The notes: generated by a model not told the origin, from the sequence alone. A stretch of 58,185 nt of DNA, filler included, from Bilabrum cf. latius (GCA_965178125.1; 2 parts of 2 records of this genome joined end to end with filler, not necessarily neighbours in it), one strand, 5' to 3'. Counted from the whole stretch's first letter, positions 22,465 to 35,302 are shown. Numbers and translations: made by a program.

Positions 22465-23573
22465 TAGTGTTTTTTGGATGGTGATGTTGCGTGGTTTGTT
22501 CTTTGCGGCTTCTTCTTCTTTCTAGACGCTGACCTTGATGTGCAAACCGCTTCGGCGGCGCAATGCTCGGCGGGGGAGTGTCACCGAGGTGCCGGAGCGA
22601 AGGACAGCAAGCACATGATGCAGACGATCATGAGGATGCCCAGGCGGCTCGATGACCTGTCACTCATGAAGACAGCGGGGAGCAACATAGTGCTCAACGA
22701 GAAGCTGCGTCGGTCGTTGGAGAAACTGCAGACGCTCGTCCGATTGGGCGAGGACCACGAGTCGCTAAAGGACCACATGAAAAACACGATCGAGTCCTTG
22801 CAAGCTCACATGCACTTCTACCAGAAGGTCTCTGGTATGTCTGCAGCCTTGAACAGCAATTGGCGGACCGCAGCCGCCCTCCCCCCCAAAAGCGCTCAGC
22901 GGACGCTTGGTATTCACGACATCCTCAAGAAATCGAGAAGGTCGAGAAGTATGAGATTGATCCCGAGCAGTCGTCCATGATTTCGTCACCTTGGCAGGGA
23001 AGTATGGCGGCACTAAAGAAGTCGAGCAGTTGACAGAGCGCATCAAAGCACCCGCGAAAGATATTGCATCGGAGGAAAACTTTGGGCGTCCTTGGGGATC
23101 GATAAGCGGCCTCGGAGGGAGCCAACGGCGCAATACCTTAGCGACAAGCCCTTTCGGAGTGTCGTCCTTCCCTACGTAGATTGATTGAAACACAGTCTGA
23201 TCGAACATCGGCCTAAAGGCATGGGGGATGAAACCGAGTGGAAAGTTGAGACATGGGGGAAATCAACGAAGCACCAAGAGCAAGCGCCGACAATTATGTA
23301 GTCACTAGGTTTATGCTGGATTTTTTGGTTTGGATGATGACTTCTTGGGTCGGTGCCCTTTAGATTGGTTTGGAGATCTTGCAGTTTTGTTGGTTGGAGC
23401 TACCGAGTAGTCATGAAGCACCTGACCACTTACAAAACTCCGAAAGCCAGGCGCCTCGGCTCAGATTCCCAGAACAGGCGCCGCACCCCCAGGCAGACCC
23501 CCACAAAAGCGACAGGGTGCCAAACCTACTCATCATCGAAGTTGCCAGCACCGGGAGGCCTGCACCATCTGCC

Positions 23574-26500
23574 ATGGTAGCACTGCTCTGCGTCATGCTG
23601 CTCGTGTTGTACAACCTCCTCACTGCCAGGTACGCCGACCGTGCGTAAGAGATCAGCGACGAGTTCTCTCGCGCAGCCGTCGTGGTGCTTCCAGGCACGC
23701 AGGTCCGACAGGGCGATCCGGACGTCCCGGTCACTCAATGTCGGCTCCCGCATCATGTGGAGTACTCCGCCGGGTGGCGCCGCAGCCGTCACACCAACCG
23801 CAGTGCGGGTGTCAGCATATACATCCGGCACTCTTTGGTGCCGAACATTGTTCAAGTCCACCGCTCGCCACATGGACTGTCGGGCCGCCTGCTCGCGCTC
23901 CGAGTCGAGACTGAGAACCTCGACCTGCTGATCGTGGCCGCCTACTACCCCCCCTTCAACTATCAAGTGACCGACACTGACAAGCGCATGACGGCATGGA
24001 TCAGCGAGCTTTTGGACCGCACCCCCTCCCGCACCCTCCCGCTTCTGATGATGGACCTCAACGACGGGATCGGCAAGCGGCGCGATGTCACCGGCAATTG
24101 GCAGTCGGTGGACGACGGCTACTGCGGCGACCACCGCACTCGCGAGAAGCACCAGGGCATGCTTGTCCGCGAGATGGCCACCGAGCATATTTTGTCTTGC
24201 CTCGGCTCCCAATCGGTCGCCCGGTGCGACGTACTGGGGCCCCCAACGTCACCCGAGCGAGCCCGACCAAGTCTTCCTCCCATGGACGGCGCTGCACCGA
24301 GTACAACGGTACCATGCTCTTCGTCATGCACACCGCCGACTTCAACCGATACGTTCTGCTGCGCTTCGTGACCAGTCGCCGCTATTGTTGCAAGTCGACG
24401 TCAGGCCAGAAGCCCAGCAGGCCCCTCGGCCTCGCGAAGCCCTCGTCAAGTGCATGATGACTGGCGCTGGCCGCGAGGAGTTCATCACTGATGTTGACAT
24501 GGCCATCCGCGAGGTCCTTGAGGAGCGGTGGGCGGAGGCCGAGGACTCCACCACTGCCGACAAGTACTGGGAGCTTGTCTACGAGGCGGTGGTCCGAGTG
24601 GCTAAGAAGCATTTCGGATCCACGCCCGACCCCGAGCGAGCAACCTTCGTCGAGCGCCGCATGGAGTTCCCCAGCCGTCGCCGGCAACTCCGCGCCGACA
24701 TGTCCGGCATCGATGACGACGAACTTGAAAAACGTATGTCTCGAACTCCACATGGTCACCCGCCGCCTCCGACGCTTGCACCGACACCGTCGCCGCCAAG
24801 AAGACAACCAACTCGTCGAGGACATCTGGCGCGCTTGGCGCGCTCGCGATTTCACCCGCGTTCACATGCTTCGGGTGCGCCTCGCCCGCACCGGATGCGG
24901 TCCCCGCAAGCGCAAGTTCTACGCCCCAAAGCTCTCGCAGCCCGAAATTGGCCAATGGACTGCCACACTGTCCAAGCTTGGCGGTGAAGGCGGGCATGCT
25001 GGCCCGCCCGGTCAACTTCTCCGACATCGTCGCCGAGCACATCCGATGTAGCGACCAGGAGGCCGACACGAAGCTCCATATGGACACCTACATCGCCAAC
25101 GACGTCTTGGACTGGTCCCTCGGCATCGGCCGCGTCTTTCGAGGAGCCAAGAAACGGAAAGCCTGCCCCCCATGGTCCGCGCCGGCGGAGGTCTGGCTGA
25201 TGGCCATGCGGCCTAACTCGCACAACCGAGCCCACCTGCATGCTGGCCTTGGCGCGCACCTGCCTCGTCGCATCGCCAACAACGCCTTCCGCGAACGTAT
25301 GACAGCTATGCTCACTCGTCGCACAGGTTGGGCGCCCAGGCTCTGGTCCCGCTCCTACGGCTGCCCGCTGGACAAGCCGAACGGCCGCGAAGGCACCGGC
25401 GGCATGCGCTTAATTCACATGTTCGACCCGCTCGGCTCCGCCATCTTCGGCGAGTCCCTGCGTCGTGGCCACAGGTGGACGAACCCAAGTGGTCCTTTGG
25501 GTCTCTTACCGGTCGGAGCCGGGACGAGGCTGTAGTTCTGCTTCTTGCTGGTGCTTGGCGCCTTCGCGACATGCGGCTTTCGCGCATCACAGCGTACTAT
25601 GACGCCGCCAACGCCTTCCCGAGCATTGCGACCATCGACGCCGAGGCTGCGGTGACACAGCTTAGCCCTCTTGCGGAGTCGTACCTGCATGTTGATCATC
25701 TTCGCCAGCAAGTTGTCAGCATACCCGATCGCCATGGCCAGCTACATGATTACGATATCGGCCAAGGCATCGCCATGGGACAGGGCGGAGCGTCGCACAC
25801 ATTCGTGCGAGCATACACCACCGTCCTAGGCCAGTTCAGTTCAACTTGCGCTACGCTAATGCTGCCCCGGAGTGCGCGAGCACCGTGAGCGTCCGCGACC
25901 CGCTCTCCAGTTCTCCATCCGACTTGAGCCTCAGCATATATGTTGACGATGTCTGTAAGGCCAGTGTTGTCCCCCACTCCCGCGACGACGCCTCCGTTGC
26001 GCCGGACCCGCCGTCGACGGACTACCAGCGCACCACCGCCGACTTAGCCGCCCACATGAAGAGCTCGCAGTGCACTTTCGTTGTGCGCAAGACTGTCTGG
26101 ACACTTGCGGTGTACGGGCGGGGGCCTACCGGCGAATGCGACAGATTACGGCCCAGCCCGGCTGCGCACGAGACGCGCATATCTGGGTCCGTACCTGTCG
26201 CGAAGCCATGTATATGTTGAGGAGCTTCGCCGGCGGCTTCTTGCAGCCGACAAAGGATGGCGCATGCTGGGCCGCTTCTGGGGCCGCCCCACACCATGGC
26301 GTCTCCGCCGCATGATGTACATCGCCTTCGTGCAGAGCGCCCTCTTGAGCGGCCTCACCGCGTTTCCCGAGTTGCCCGACTACTACTACCGCGCTCTTGA
26401 GCAGCGGCAGGTGCGCCGTCCCCGCGTCATGCTGCAGGGCAAGGAGCACAAGCAAGAGGGGGACAAACACACTGCCATGAGTAACTGCGATGTGCGCAGT

Positions 26501-27240
26501 TGCTGGCGCATTTTACCTGTTCGCGACGAATTGCGTCTCCAACGCCTTCGCCGCCTCCAGCGTTGGGCCGCCAACCTTGCCGAGTACTCGCCAGTGTGGG
26601 CGGCGGTGTTGGGCACCACCCGCTACGAAGAAGCCAAAGGCGTTGAGCGCCTTAGCGAGGCCGGTGCCCTCACAATCCCGTTCCACACCATGGGCCCGAC
26701 AACTCCATGAAGACGTCGAGAGCTGTGCCAGACCCTCGACATCGAGCGTACCTGCCTGCTTATCATGTTGTTGTTGTTGTTGTACCGCCTCCCGGCCTGG
26801 AACTTCCCGGCGATTTGCCGTCAAAAGAGGATGAAGTTGAGTGGACCTACAGGCCCTTCGTGTGTGACCGCGGAAATCTGGAAACGGGGTGCCCATGCGA
26901 AGTCCCTGTTTTTCTACTTGTTCTCGACTTGCGGCCCATGTCCGACGACGTCGCCAAGAAGCTTCCCGAATTCACACTTTGGTCGTGACTATAACCAGTG
27001 CCCGCATTGCAGCTCTACGTTCGCCAGCCGAGCCATCGCCGCCCGCCATGTGACCTCTAGCGTTGATAAGAGGCGGTGTCAGGTTGACAGAGCAGTCTGG
27101 AGTCACCTTGTTGTTGATCCTCCGTCGTTGTCCTGTCCGCTGTGCATGCTCGAGTTCTCTCACCCTGCGCAGCTGCAGCGGCACAACACCGAGGAACATC
27201 TTCCGCCCATCGCCCACCTCGAGCTCGACCTCGGCATCAC
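23574..27240 (+). pseudogene. Decayed non-LTR retrotransposon ORF2 (APE endonuclease, RT, C-terminal C2H2-like zinc fingers) with many frameshifts
   Basis: APE: YNLLT...VVVLPGTQ, AGVSIYI, GRLLALRV, AAYYPP, MMDLNDGIG. RT: YYDAANAFPSI (~25596), GIAMGQGG, YVDDV (~25939), YLG. Zinc fingers: QCPHCSSTF...RHV and CPLCMLEF...LQRH. In-frame stop at 23646. Confidence 0.9.
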
Positions 27241-27251
27241 CTCCCAGTTCA

Positions 27252-28170
27252 ATGGCGGCGTCGGCTTCGTCAGCGCTCGCGGGCCAGCGCCCTGGCGCCT
27301 TATCCCCCCGCCGACCCGCAGGCACCGCCGCCGAACAAATACCTCAGGCACGAGGGCAAGGGCACGGGCCATGGCAAGGCGACACAGCAGCGCAAGCGCG
27401 GAGCCGAGGAGGCCGCGGCCGCGCCGAGCGGCGCCGGGGCAGCGGGCGGGGCAGGAGTGCCGCAGGACCCTCCGTCGCAGGTGCGGGGCGCGGGCGCGGG
27501 CGGCGCAGGCAAGAAAGCGAACGAGAAGCCGAAGGCGGACGAGAACCGCGTCCCCATGGAGGCGGACGAGGACGAGGAGGACGGGCCGATCCCGGAGCAC
27601 CGCTTGCGGACCATCATGAAGCTGTGCTTGAACAACGCCCAGCGGATCCGTCACCTCGAGTCGGTGTCGTGGCTACGTGGCTCGCCCCCGCCGCGGACGA
27701 GGCCGCGGTCGCGGCGAAGGCCGCGGCCCAACAGTACGCTGCCGAAGTCGTTCGCCTCGGCAAGGGCCACCAGTTGGGTCCGCCGCATGTCCACATCGCC
27801 GCGGCCTTTCTTACCAAGATGTCGGAGGCCGAGCGCAAGGGCTACATGAGCATGATGGACCGCGAGGGCGCAGCGTCCGGGCTCGTGGCGGAGAAGGCTC
27901 TCGTGGCCGCGTTTCGTGGTCGAGCTGAACACCGTCCGGACGGTGACAGAGGCGGGCTTCCTCGTCTCCTACTTCCGGGTCGTCGACACGTTCCCCAAGG
28001 AGGGCGAGGACGCCCCCCCCCCCTCCCCAGGTTCGTGTTCACTTGGCCGTCGACCCTTGCAGTGTGAAGGTCGCCCGGCCGATGGTCGCGAAGGTCTTGA
28101 AGGCCCGCGGCTACGAGGCCACGGTCGGAGCACGGCGCTTGAGCGCGCGCTCGGAAAGTGCTTCCGGTAG
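27252..28170 (+). pseudogene. Frameshifted ORF immediately 3' of LINE ORF2 (unknown protein)
   Basis: Protein-like segments in successive frames: PPNKYLRHEGKG..., EDGPIPEHRLRTIMKLCLNNAQRIRHLES, VATWLAPAADEAAVAAKAAAQQYAAEVVRLGKGHQLGPPHVHIAAAFL. Strong coding-type third-position GC. Confidence 0.55.
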
Positions 28171-29157
28171 ATGGTGTGCGAGCCGTCCTTCCAGCCGACG
28201 GCTGGCGGAGGGCACGGCCCGCTCGACCAGCGCCCCGCGACACAGTGCGGTGACCTCTCGAGCGTGCCGAAACCGCCCAGGAAGCCGGCGCAGTCCTGTG
28301 AAGGTCCGGCAGGCGCCGCGCTGGCTCCTCGATTTGCCTAGGGCGCTTGCGGCCGCGCATCCCACAGCTCGAGTACAGCCGTCTTACGGGCCTTGCGAGC
28401 TTGCGATGCGGCAGCGGCGTGAGTTGATTGCGCCTCAACCATCAGCGAAGCGAAGAAGAACTCGAACGCCGCAAATTCCGCATGAGATCCCGCATGCGAT
28501 GTGCTCATCATTCCTTGTGGAGACCCATCTCGCTCCGCAGCCACATGGCTACGCGTAGAGCATTGCAGCTTTTGCACAGGCGTTTGTCACGTTTCCTGGC
28601 TTTGCTCCTCACTGCGTTTTTGTGTCCATTGCATGGCCACGCCCCGGAAAAAAAGGCGGGTAGTGGGTTGTGCCCCCACTGTCGCTGTCGCCCTCGCTGT
28701 GTGAGGCACCATCAGCGCCTGCAGATGTGCTTCGAAGCCACGTCGCTTGAGGTCTTGCGAGGAATCTACCCGCCGGACGAAAACTTGTGGGCAATGCGGC
28801 GGCGCACTACGTGTTGCCCCCAGCCCCGCTTGGGGCCTTCGCCGTCGCATGGCCTGGCGGCTCTGCCATGAGCTTGATGACCCTCTCGTCCGCCGCGCTT
28901 GATGGGCGGTGGTGCGTGGCGCAGGCCCTCCGGAGCACAGATTGTCGTCCGGGCAGAGTTCGCCGCCCTCGTCTGGACTGTTGAGGCCACCGGTGCCCCG
29001 TTTCGGGTGTACCCCTGCTGCAATAGTATCTGCGCGGTGCCCGCGCCATTGTGCCTGGGGCGCCCCGACCACCTCCCTCGAAGGACGGAACGGGTACTTG
29101 TGGGCGCGCCTGCGCGACCGCCGTCGCGGTGCGCGGGACGACCAGCCACCGCGCATG

Positions 29158-29257
29158 NNNNNNNNNNNNNNNNNNNNNNNNNNNNNNNNNNNNNNNNNNN
29201 NTTAATTAATTAANNNNNNNNNNNNNNNNNNNNNNNNNNNNNNNNNNNNNNNNNNNN
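29158..29257. other. Artificial contig linker (44 N + TTAATTAATTAA six-frame stop + 44 N)
   Basis: Symmetric 100-bp N spacer containing stop codons in all frames. Confidence 0.97.
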
Positions 29258-30361
29258 CGGGCGGGCGCTTGCGGGTGGGCGGTCGGACGCGGGTGGGCGG
29301 GCGGGCCGGCGCGGGCGGGGTGCGCGGGCGCGGGCGGGCGGGCGGGCGGGCGCGGGCGGGCGAGCACGCTTACTGCCAAACATAAGGAACGCTCGATTGC
29401 GCAACGGAGATACTGACGACATGAGACCACTTCATGCGCGGGACGGCTGAAGGCTCGTTTTCCCGGCTGAAGATGGAGCCGCGATGGTTCCTTCCTCGGC
29501 TGACAATCTCGAAAGCATGTGCATAAACACACAAGCCTTGGCATCCCAGATCGTGTCACACCTTACACACGACCCACACGGTTCCGGATGCGCTCTGGGG
29601 TGGTCGGGGCTGCGGGACGGGAGGCCGGTGGGAGGGAGGGAGGAGTATGTGGATGGGGGGCGGGTGTTGTTCGTGCGCGTGGGTGTGTCGGGGCGGGTGG
29701 GTGGGGATGAAAGTGGTGGGTCGAGGAGAGGGTTAGGACGGATGGTCGAGCGGGTGGTTGCCTGTAGATGATGTCGGAGCGCGTCACATGCGCTCGATCC
29801 AAGTCGGTTTCGCGCGCCCGAGTCGCGTAGCCGTGCTGGCGACGCACCGTCCGGTGAGGCGCGTGTTCCGTCCTCGCGCCTCGCCGCCGTCGACGGCTGC
29901 CCCGGCGGCAAAGGTGCCGGCCGGCGACTCCAGCGCGCGTGCAGCCCGTTTGCGTTCCGCAGTCGTGGTCCAATGCCGTCACTCGCAGCGTATCGGAGCG
30001 CGACCTCAGTATGCTAGCGTACTTGTCGCGAGCTCGCACACACATTCGCTTGCCGTCGCATGGTTTGCGCTGCATGGTCGGCTGTTACGCAAATCGGTTC
30101 TTTGTGCGGTCGCCGTCGCACTGACATGAGAACGAATGCATCCTGACTGCTTGCGGTTCCTGACATAACCCGACAGTATTCATGCTGCGACCGGAACATG
30201 CGTGACCCAAAAATGCCCGACAAGCCGGATGATTGTGGAGCGCCGAGTTCGGCTCTCGTGCGGTAGCGGATCCAATAGTGGTATGGAAGATCTGAGCGTT
30301 TTGCATCATCGGGCCTTTCCCGTGCCTCGTGCGAATCGGCTGCTCGAAACGACTCTGGGCT

Positions 30362-30682
30362 GCTCTCTCAGAGCGCTCTCTCAGAGCGCTCTCTCAGAGC
30401 GCTCTCTCAGAGCGCTCTCTCAGAAGCGCTCTCTCAGAGCGCTCTCTCAGAGCGCTCTCTCAGAGCGCTCTCTCAGATCGCTCTCCCAGATCGCTCTCTC
30501 AGAGCGCTCTCTCAGAGCGCTCTCTCAGAGCGCTCTCTCAGAGCGCTCTCCCAGATCGCTCTCTCAGAGCGCTCTCTCAGAGCGCTCTCTCAGAGCGACC
30601 TCTCGGAGCGCTCTCTCAGAGCGCTCTCTCAGAGCGCTCTCAGAGCGATCTCTCAGAGCGCTTTCTCAGAGCGCTCTCTCAC
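30362..30682. repeat. Minisatellite (CTCTCTCAGAGCG)n, 13-bp quasi-palindromic unit
   Basis: More than 20 tandem copies by direct reading. Confidence 0.95.
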
Positions 30683-30971
30683 AGCCCAAATTCGTCCTCT
30701 ACTGCGCGCGGATTCTCTGACCCCCCCCCCCCCCGCCCCGGGGATAGGAAAGGGGGACCAGAATTGGGGCCGCAGGAAGGTGACGAATCCGCGGCCCCGA
30801 TTTCAGGACCGCGGGCCTGGTTTTGAGACCGTTTCCGGCCCAGAGAAAATGGACACGAAAAAGTGAAAGCCCGACAGTAGACAGGAAGATCTTGCAGTTG
30901 GTGCAAAAGGAAGAGATCGCAGCCGCGGCCGGAGCGTCTGGGCCGCAGCGCTCGACTGGAAGGCCTTCGAC

Positions 30972-31792
30972 AATGTCGTGTACGGCTCCGGGCGGTCAGC
31001 GAAAGCGCAGGAGCGGGGCGCGTCGGAGTTACACTACTATTGTCAAGCTGCCAAAGTCGGTGCGCTGCTTTGCGCCACAAACTACCGAGCCGGACGCGAT
31101 TTCGTCGTCAATGGTAAGTTCGTGCACGCGTTGTTCGCACGCTTCAAATGGATCCGGACGTCGCGAGAAGGGAACTCGTGGCGTATCGGTGTCGGGACGC
31201 CGAGAGCTTAGTGCGCGCCATCGACTTCCACATACAGAATGCCGCTGAGAGGAGAGAGGTGTGCGCGCAAGCCGCGGTGCACGTAGTGACGAAGCTCAGC
31301 CCCTTTAAGGTGGTGCCCGAAGTCGAGAAGTGGCGCGAGAGCTATCGTCAGGAGTAGTTCGCGCACATGCGCTTCAAGTTCCTTGTCTTGGTGGGGAACT
31401 CCCAGTTTGGGAAGACAGTGTACGCGCGGAATCTCTTCGGGAGCGAAAGGACTCTTGTTGTGAACTGTCAGGGCAGTGTGGAACCTCCGCTCCGTGGCTT
31501 CGATCGAAGTCGGCATGTGGCCATTGTGTTCGACGAGGCAAATGCTCTGTGGGTCGTCAACAACAAACAGGTCTTTCAGGCTCTCCCTGCTCGGCCAGAG
31601 CAAGACGAACAGCCTCGCATACTCTGTGTGGCTCCACGGGCCCTGATCATCTGTACGAATTCGTGGGGCTCTGACGTGACGGAGTCGGTGGACCGCGAGT
31701 GGCTTGACAACAACTGTACGAAAGTGGAGGTGAAAGATCGGCTCTACTTCGACGAGGACTTGTTGTCTCTCACGGATGTGCAGCAGAGCTGA
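30972..31792 (+). pseudogene. rep: Geminivirus/CRESS-like Rep, C-terminal two-thirds (motif III + SF3 helicase), disrupted
   Basis: HYYCQAAKVG (catalytic Tyr motif). LVLVGNSQFGKTVYARNL (Walker A), AIVFDE (Walker B), LIICTN (motif C), WLDNNCTKVEVKDRLY (gemini-type C-terminus). Frameshift at ~31146 (frame intact in the 43-kb copy) and stop at 31355. Confidence 0.85.
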
Positions 31793-32199
31793 CGCCGGGC
31801 CGCTGAGGTTTTCAGTCCGGTTCACACGAGCGCCGGAGCCGCAGCGGCAGCCGCTTCGGTGCTCCTGAAGGTCTAATGTCCTCAGTGCGTTTCGTGTGCA
31901 AAAAGGATGTGGTCTCTACATGGGGGCATTCCGCAAGTTTCATGTGGTCCGTCGCGTTCGTCCGGGGGAGTGCTTGCCTAGTATTGGGAGCTTGCCTGAC
32001 ACACACACACACGTGGCACCCATCCTGATGGGTTGCAAGTGTGTGTGTGTCTCCGCAGTGCCGCGGTTGGGACCCGGCGGGTCGTTTGCTTTTACGTCGC
32101 CGCGTCGCGCGCCGACGAGACATTTCTTGGTCTCAGAAGCCCCTGCTTCCGGTAGTCGCGCGGTGTACGCTCGCGGGCCGAAGGTGGGTGCGTTGCTTG

Positions 32200-32892
32200 A
32201 TGGCCTACGTCGGTATCGCCGATGCACCGTATGTGGCCGTGGTTGCCGCGTCGACCTCCGAGCACGCCCCGGAGGGCGAGGTGGAGATGATGCTTGCGCC
32301 TCTTGCCGGAGATGTCGGTTTCAAGCGGGCTCGCGTGTTTCCTCCCGGTTCGCGACTTCTTCCTAAGTCGCCGGCCCATCCGGCGGTGCTCATAACAGTG
32401 CTCGGCAGTGAGGCACCTCAGGACCCACAGTGCGTCGTTTGGTCGGACTCCAAGGCTTTCGACCTCGCGGAGTTTGTATGCTCTTCCTGCGGCTGCAATC
32501 GTGTCATGGCGGACCTGAATCATCGTATGCGTGATCGTCTCGTGCGTCGTGTGCAGCGTGCGCTTTATGCCGATGATTCTCCGTGCGGCAGGGGTGCGAT
32601 TACTTGTCGTGCTTGTCGCGAGAAGGCGCAGGACGCGGCGCCGAAGACGTCGATCATGAACGCGGCGAACAAGAGGAAGATCTCGGGAACACTTCGCATG
32701 CAGGTGGATCTCATTGTAGAGACCGGGGAGCGGAAGGGGCAGCGTTGTACTGCGGAGAAAGTTCTGACATTGGGGACGATGATGCAGCACAGGGTTTTCG
32801 AGAGGGATCTTTACGATGAGGCATGGCGCGGGCTTGTTCGTGTGTCTGGACGCGAGGCTTTGAGCGATGACGAATCTTGGTCTCCGCGTTGA
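32200..32892 (+). CDS. Hypothetical protein with CxxC...CxxC zinc finger (start uncertain; frame open from 32041)
   Basis: Open frame containing FVCSSCGCNR ... ITCRAC. Confidence 0.5.
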   Translation: MAYVGIADAPYVAVVAASTSEHAPEGEVEMMLAPLAGDVGFKRARVFPPGSRLLPKSPAHPAVLITVLGSEAPQDPQCVVWSDSKAFDLAEFVCSSCGCNRVMADLNHRMRDRLVRRVQRALYADDSPCGRGAITCRACREKAQDAAPKTSIMNAANKRKISGTLRMQVDLIVETGERKGQRCTAEKVLTLGTMMQHRVFERDLYDEAWRGLVRVSGREALSDDESWSPR

Positions 32893-34055
32893 GCTTGCGT
32901 GACGGTTTTCCCTCTCAACCTGGCCTCTTGCGTGGCGCTGCTTCCGCGTGTGGCCTGAGCGTGCGACCTGAGCGTTCGGCTTGCTGTCGCGTGTGACCTG
33001 GAGCGAACGGGCTCGGCGACAGTATCCCGCGTATGTTGCTCCTGGGGTTCAAGAAAACTTGTACTTTTTGGGCTGTACGGTGGTCAGTGGTGCATGGTTC
33101 GTTCGCAGCCTCCGCGTTGTTGGAAAGCTATGGTGGAGCATGGTTCTTTTCGCAGCCTCCGCGTTGTGATCAAGCTACGGTGGAGCATGGTTCGTGAGCA
33201 TGGTTCTTTTCGCAGCCTCCGCGTTGTTGACACGTGAAAGCTACGCGAACGTGACCACACAGTAGGCCATACCCCAGGTGAAATCCGGACTCGGACATCC
33301 AGACGAAGCGCCATCATACACACTGTTGAACACACAAATGACTCTGAGCTCCACCGTAACGTAACTTTCCATCACCACCTGGGTTTATTTTCTCCGCGAT
33401 GGCAGCTTGGCGGTGACGCTGTGTCTTCGGGCATGAAGGGGCAAGTCTTCGGTTTTTTGGGCCCTGTTTCGGTCACCGAAAAGTCGTGTGATTTCTGGCG
33501 CGCAGGAGGAGTGACGCAAGGTATTTCTGAACCGTTTTCCGGACGCTTTCCGGGCCTCCCATGTGACCGCTTTTTGCGTACCGAAACACGTTCCGCGCGT
33601 GAGGAGCAGATGCGGATCTCCGCGGGGTCCTATTTGTGTCCTTTTTCGGGGGACGAAATCGGGCGCACTTGTCGTGCCGATTCGTGGTCGTCTCTGAGAC
33701 CGGCTGCGAGTCGGGAAAGGTGCCCGGGAGATGCTCGTGTCCTTGGCTTCGTATTTCTCCGCATATTCTTCAAACGCGGGCGCACGTCTCCTACCGATTC
33801 GTGGTCGGTTTCCGAGGCCGATCGCGAGTCGGGAAATGCGCCCGCGATGCGCTCTCGATCTCGGAAAGGGCAGGAGTCCGCTCTTGCATTCGGAATGGGC
33901 GGGGAGTAGAGCCGGTCCAGCATGTGTGGGCGTGAAGCCGGAGGAGTTGCTTTTCCTGGGAGCATGTGCGAGATTCCTTCTCCGCGGGTCCTCTTTCGGC
34001 TTCGGCAGCCAGCAGCGCACTCTGTGGGAACGGCATTCTCCGAGTCTCTTTGCCG

Positions 34056-35102
34056 ATGATGTGTGAGGAGAATCCGTCCGAGAGCATTGCTGTTTCCTTG
34101 GGAGACGACCGCAATCTTCGTGGGCGTCAAGGCGCCGGTAATATGGGAAACGAGGGCGGCATGTTGGCGCGCGAGGTCGACACCCCGGCGGAGCACGCCG
34201 GCGCGGCGGCAAGCGTCGATGTTGCGGCCGGCCCCCATATCGAGAGCGGCGGCGCGGAGGCGGCGTCCACGAGGATGCTCGGAGAGGAGAGCGACAAGGC
34301 AGCGCCGAAGGAGGACGCCGAAGACGACGGCGGCAAGAAGACGGAGGAGGAGGATGCTCGCGGCGCTGGACGTGCTGTGGTGCCCGGAGGTAATGACGAC
34401 GTATGGACAGACGCAGCCGCTTGGAAGGCGGGTGGCGGCGTGGCAGAGGCATTGTCATCGCAGCGTGTGAATCTTGCGCACGCTGCCGGGGCGGTCTCTG
34501 GCGCTGATAGCTGGGGTCCATGGGAGACCCCTGCGAAGTCGTCATGGGGGGAGACGTACGTGCCGCGGCAGGTCGCGCCGGAGCCGGCGGAGGAGGCGAC
34601 ATGGACTTGCAACGCGTGCCAGTGCTGCAAGCCCCGGTCGGCGTACTTCAAGAAGTGGAAGGACTGGATCCAACCAGTTTGCCGGGTGTGTTGCGACAAG
34701 TTCGACAACGCGACGCCGTGGTGGGTGTGGTGCAAGAACTGCAAAAACGAGTATCCGGCGTACCGATTTCCCCAGATCCGCCGGAAGAAGGAGAACCTGC
34801 GCTATTTCTTCCCTGAGGACTGGTGCGCGAAGTGCCTGGTTGCGCGTGGCTGGAGTCTCCATGATGTCCGTTCCTCTGCGGGTGAAGCGAAGCGTTGGGT
34901 GCCAAAAGCTTGCGCGAATACCGGTGACGGCGACAACGACGCTCGTGCTCCCGCACGCGACGAGCCTCCTGCAGGGGGCGCCGCCTCCTGCAGCAACGCC
35001 GTGCGTCAGAGTCCTTCGCGTGACGAGGCCTTGGATGACATCAAGCGGGCCATGGAGCTTCTCCGGAATGCGGAAAAGTTCATCTTCACGATGCCAGCGT
35101 GA
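34056..35102 (+). CDS. Hypothetical protein: acidic N-terminus plus two CxxC...CxxC zinc fingers
   Basis: TCNACQCCKPRSAYF...VCRVC and WCKNCKNEYPAYRF...WCAKC. Re-used almost identically at 45434-46006 and 46861-47343. Confidence 0.65.
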   Translation: MMCEENPSESIAVSLGDDRNLRGRQGAGNMGNEGGMLAREVDTPAEHAGAAASVDVAAGPHIESGGAEAASTRMLGEESDKAAPKEDAEDDGGKKTEEEDARGAGRAVVPGGNDDVWTDAAAWKAGGGVAEALSSQRVNLAHAAGAVSGADSWGPWETPAKSSWGETYVPRQVAPEPAEEATWTCNACQCCKPRSAYFKKWKDWIQPVCRVCCDKFDNATPWWVWCKNCKNEYPAYRFPQIRRKKENLRYFFPEDWCAKCLVARGWSLHDVRSSAGEAKRWVPKACANTGDGDNDARAPARDEPPAGGAASCSNAVRQSPSRDEALDDIKRAMELLRNAEKFIFTMPA

Positions 35103-35302
35103 CGCGGGAGCTTCCCGAATGGGTCCGTCGTGCTGTGAGGGCGCTCCGGAAGGAAGAGCGCGAGTGAGTCATCCTTGCGCCGAGGTGAGCGCGACGTCGG
35201 AGGAGCACGGTCGTTTGATTGGGAACGATATGGTCGGCAGCGTGTGAAAATCCGAGTTTCTCGTGCAGGATTGGGCAGCTCTCTAGATATCTTTCCCGGG
35301 AA

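Noticed and set aside
22474-23033. 168-aa ORF after the MITE
   Set aside because: Partly protein-like but frameshifted, with no recognisable motif; cannot be assigned.
30972-31792. Helitron
   Set aside because: The helicase is SF3 (gemini-like), not PIF1, and no TC...CTRR ends were identified.
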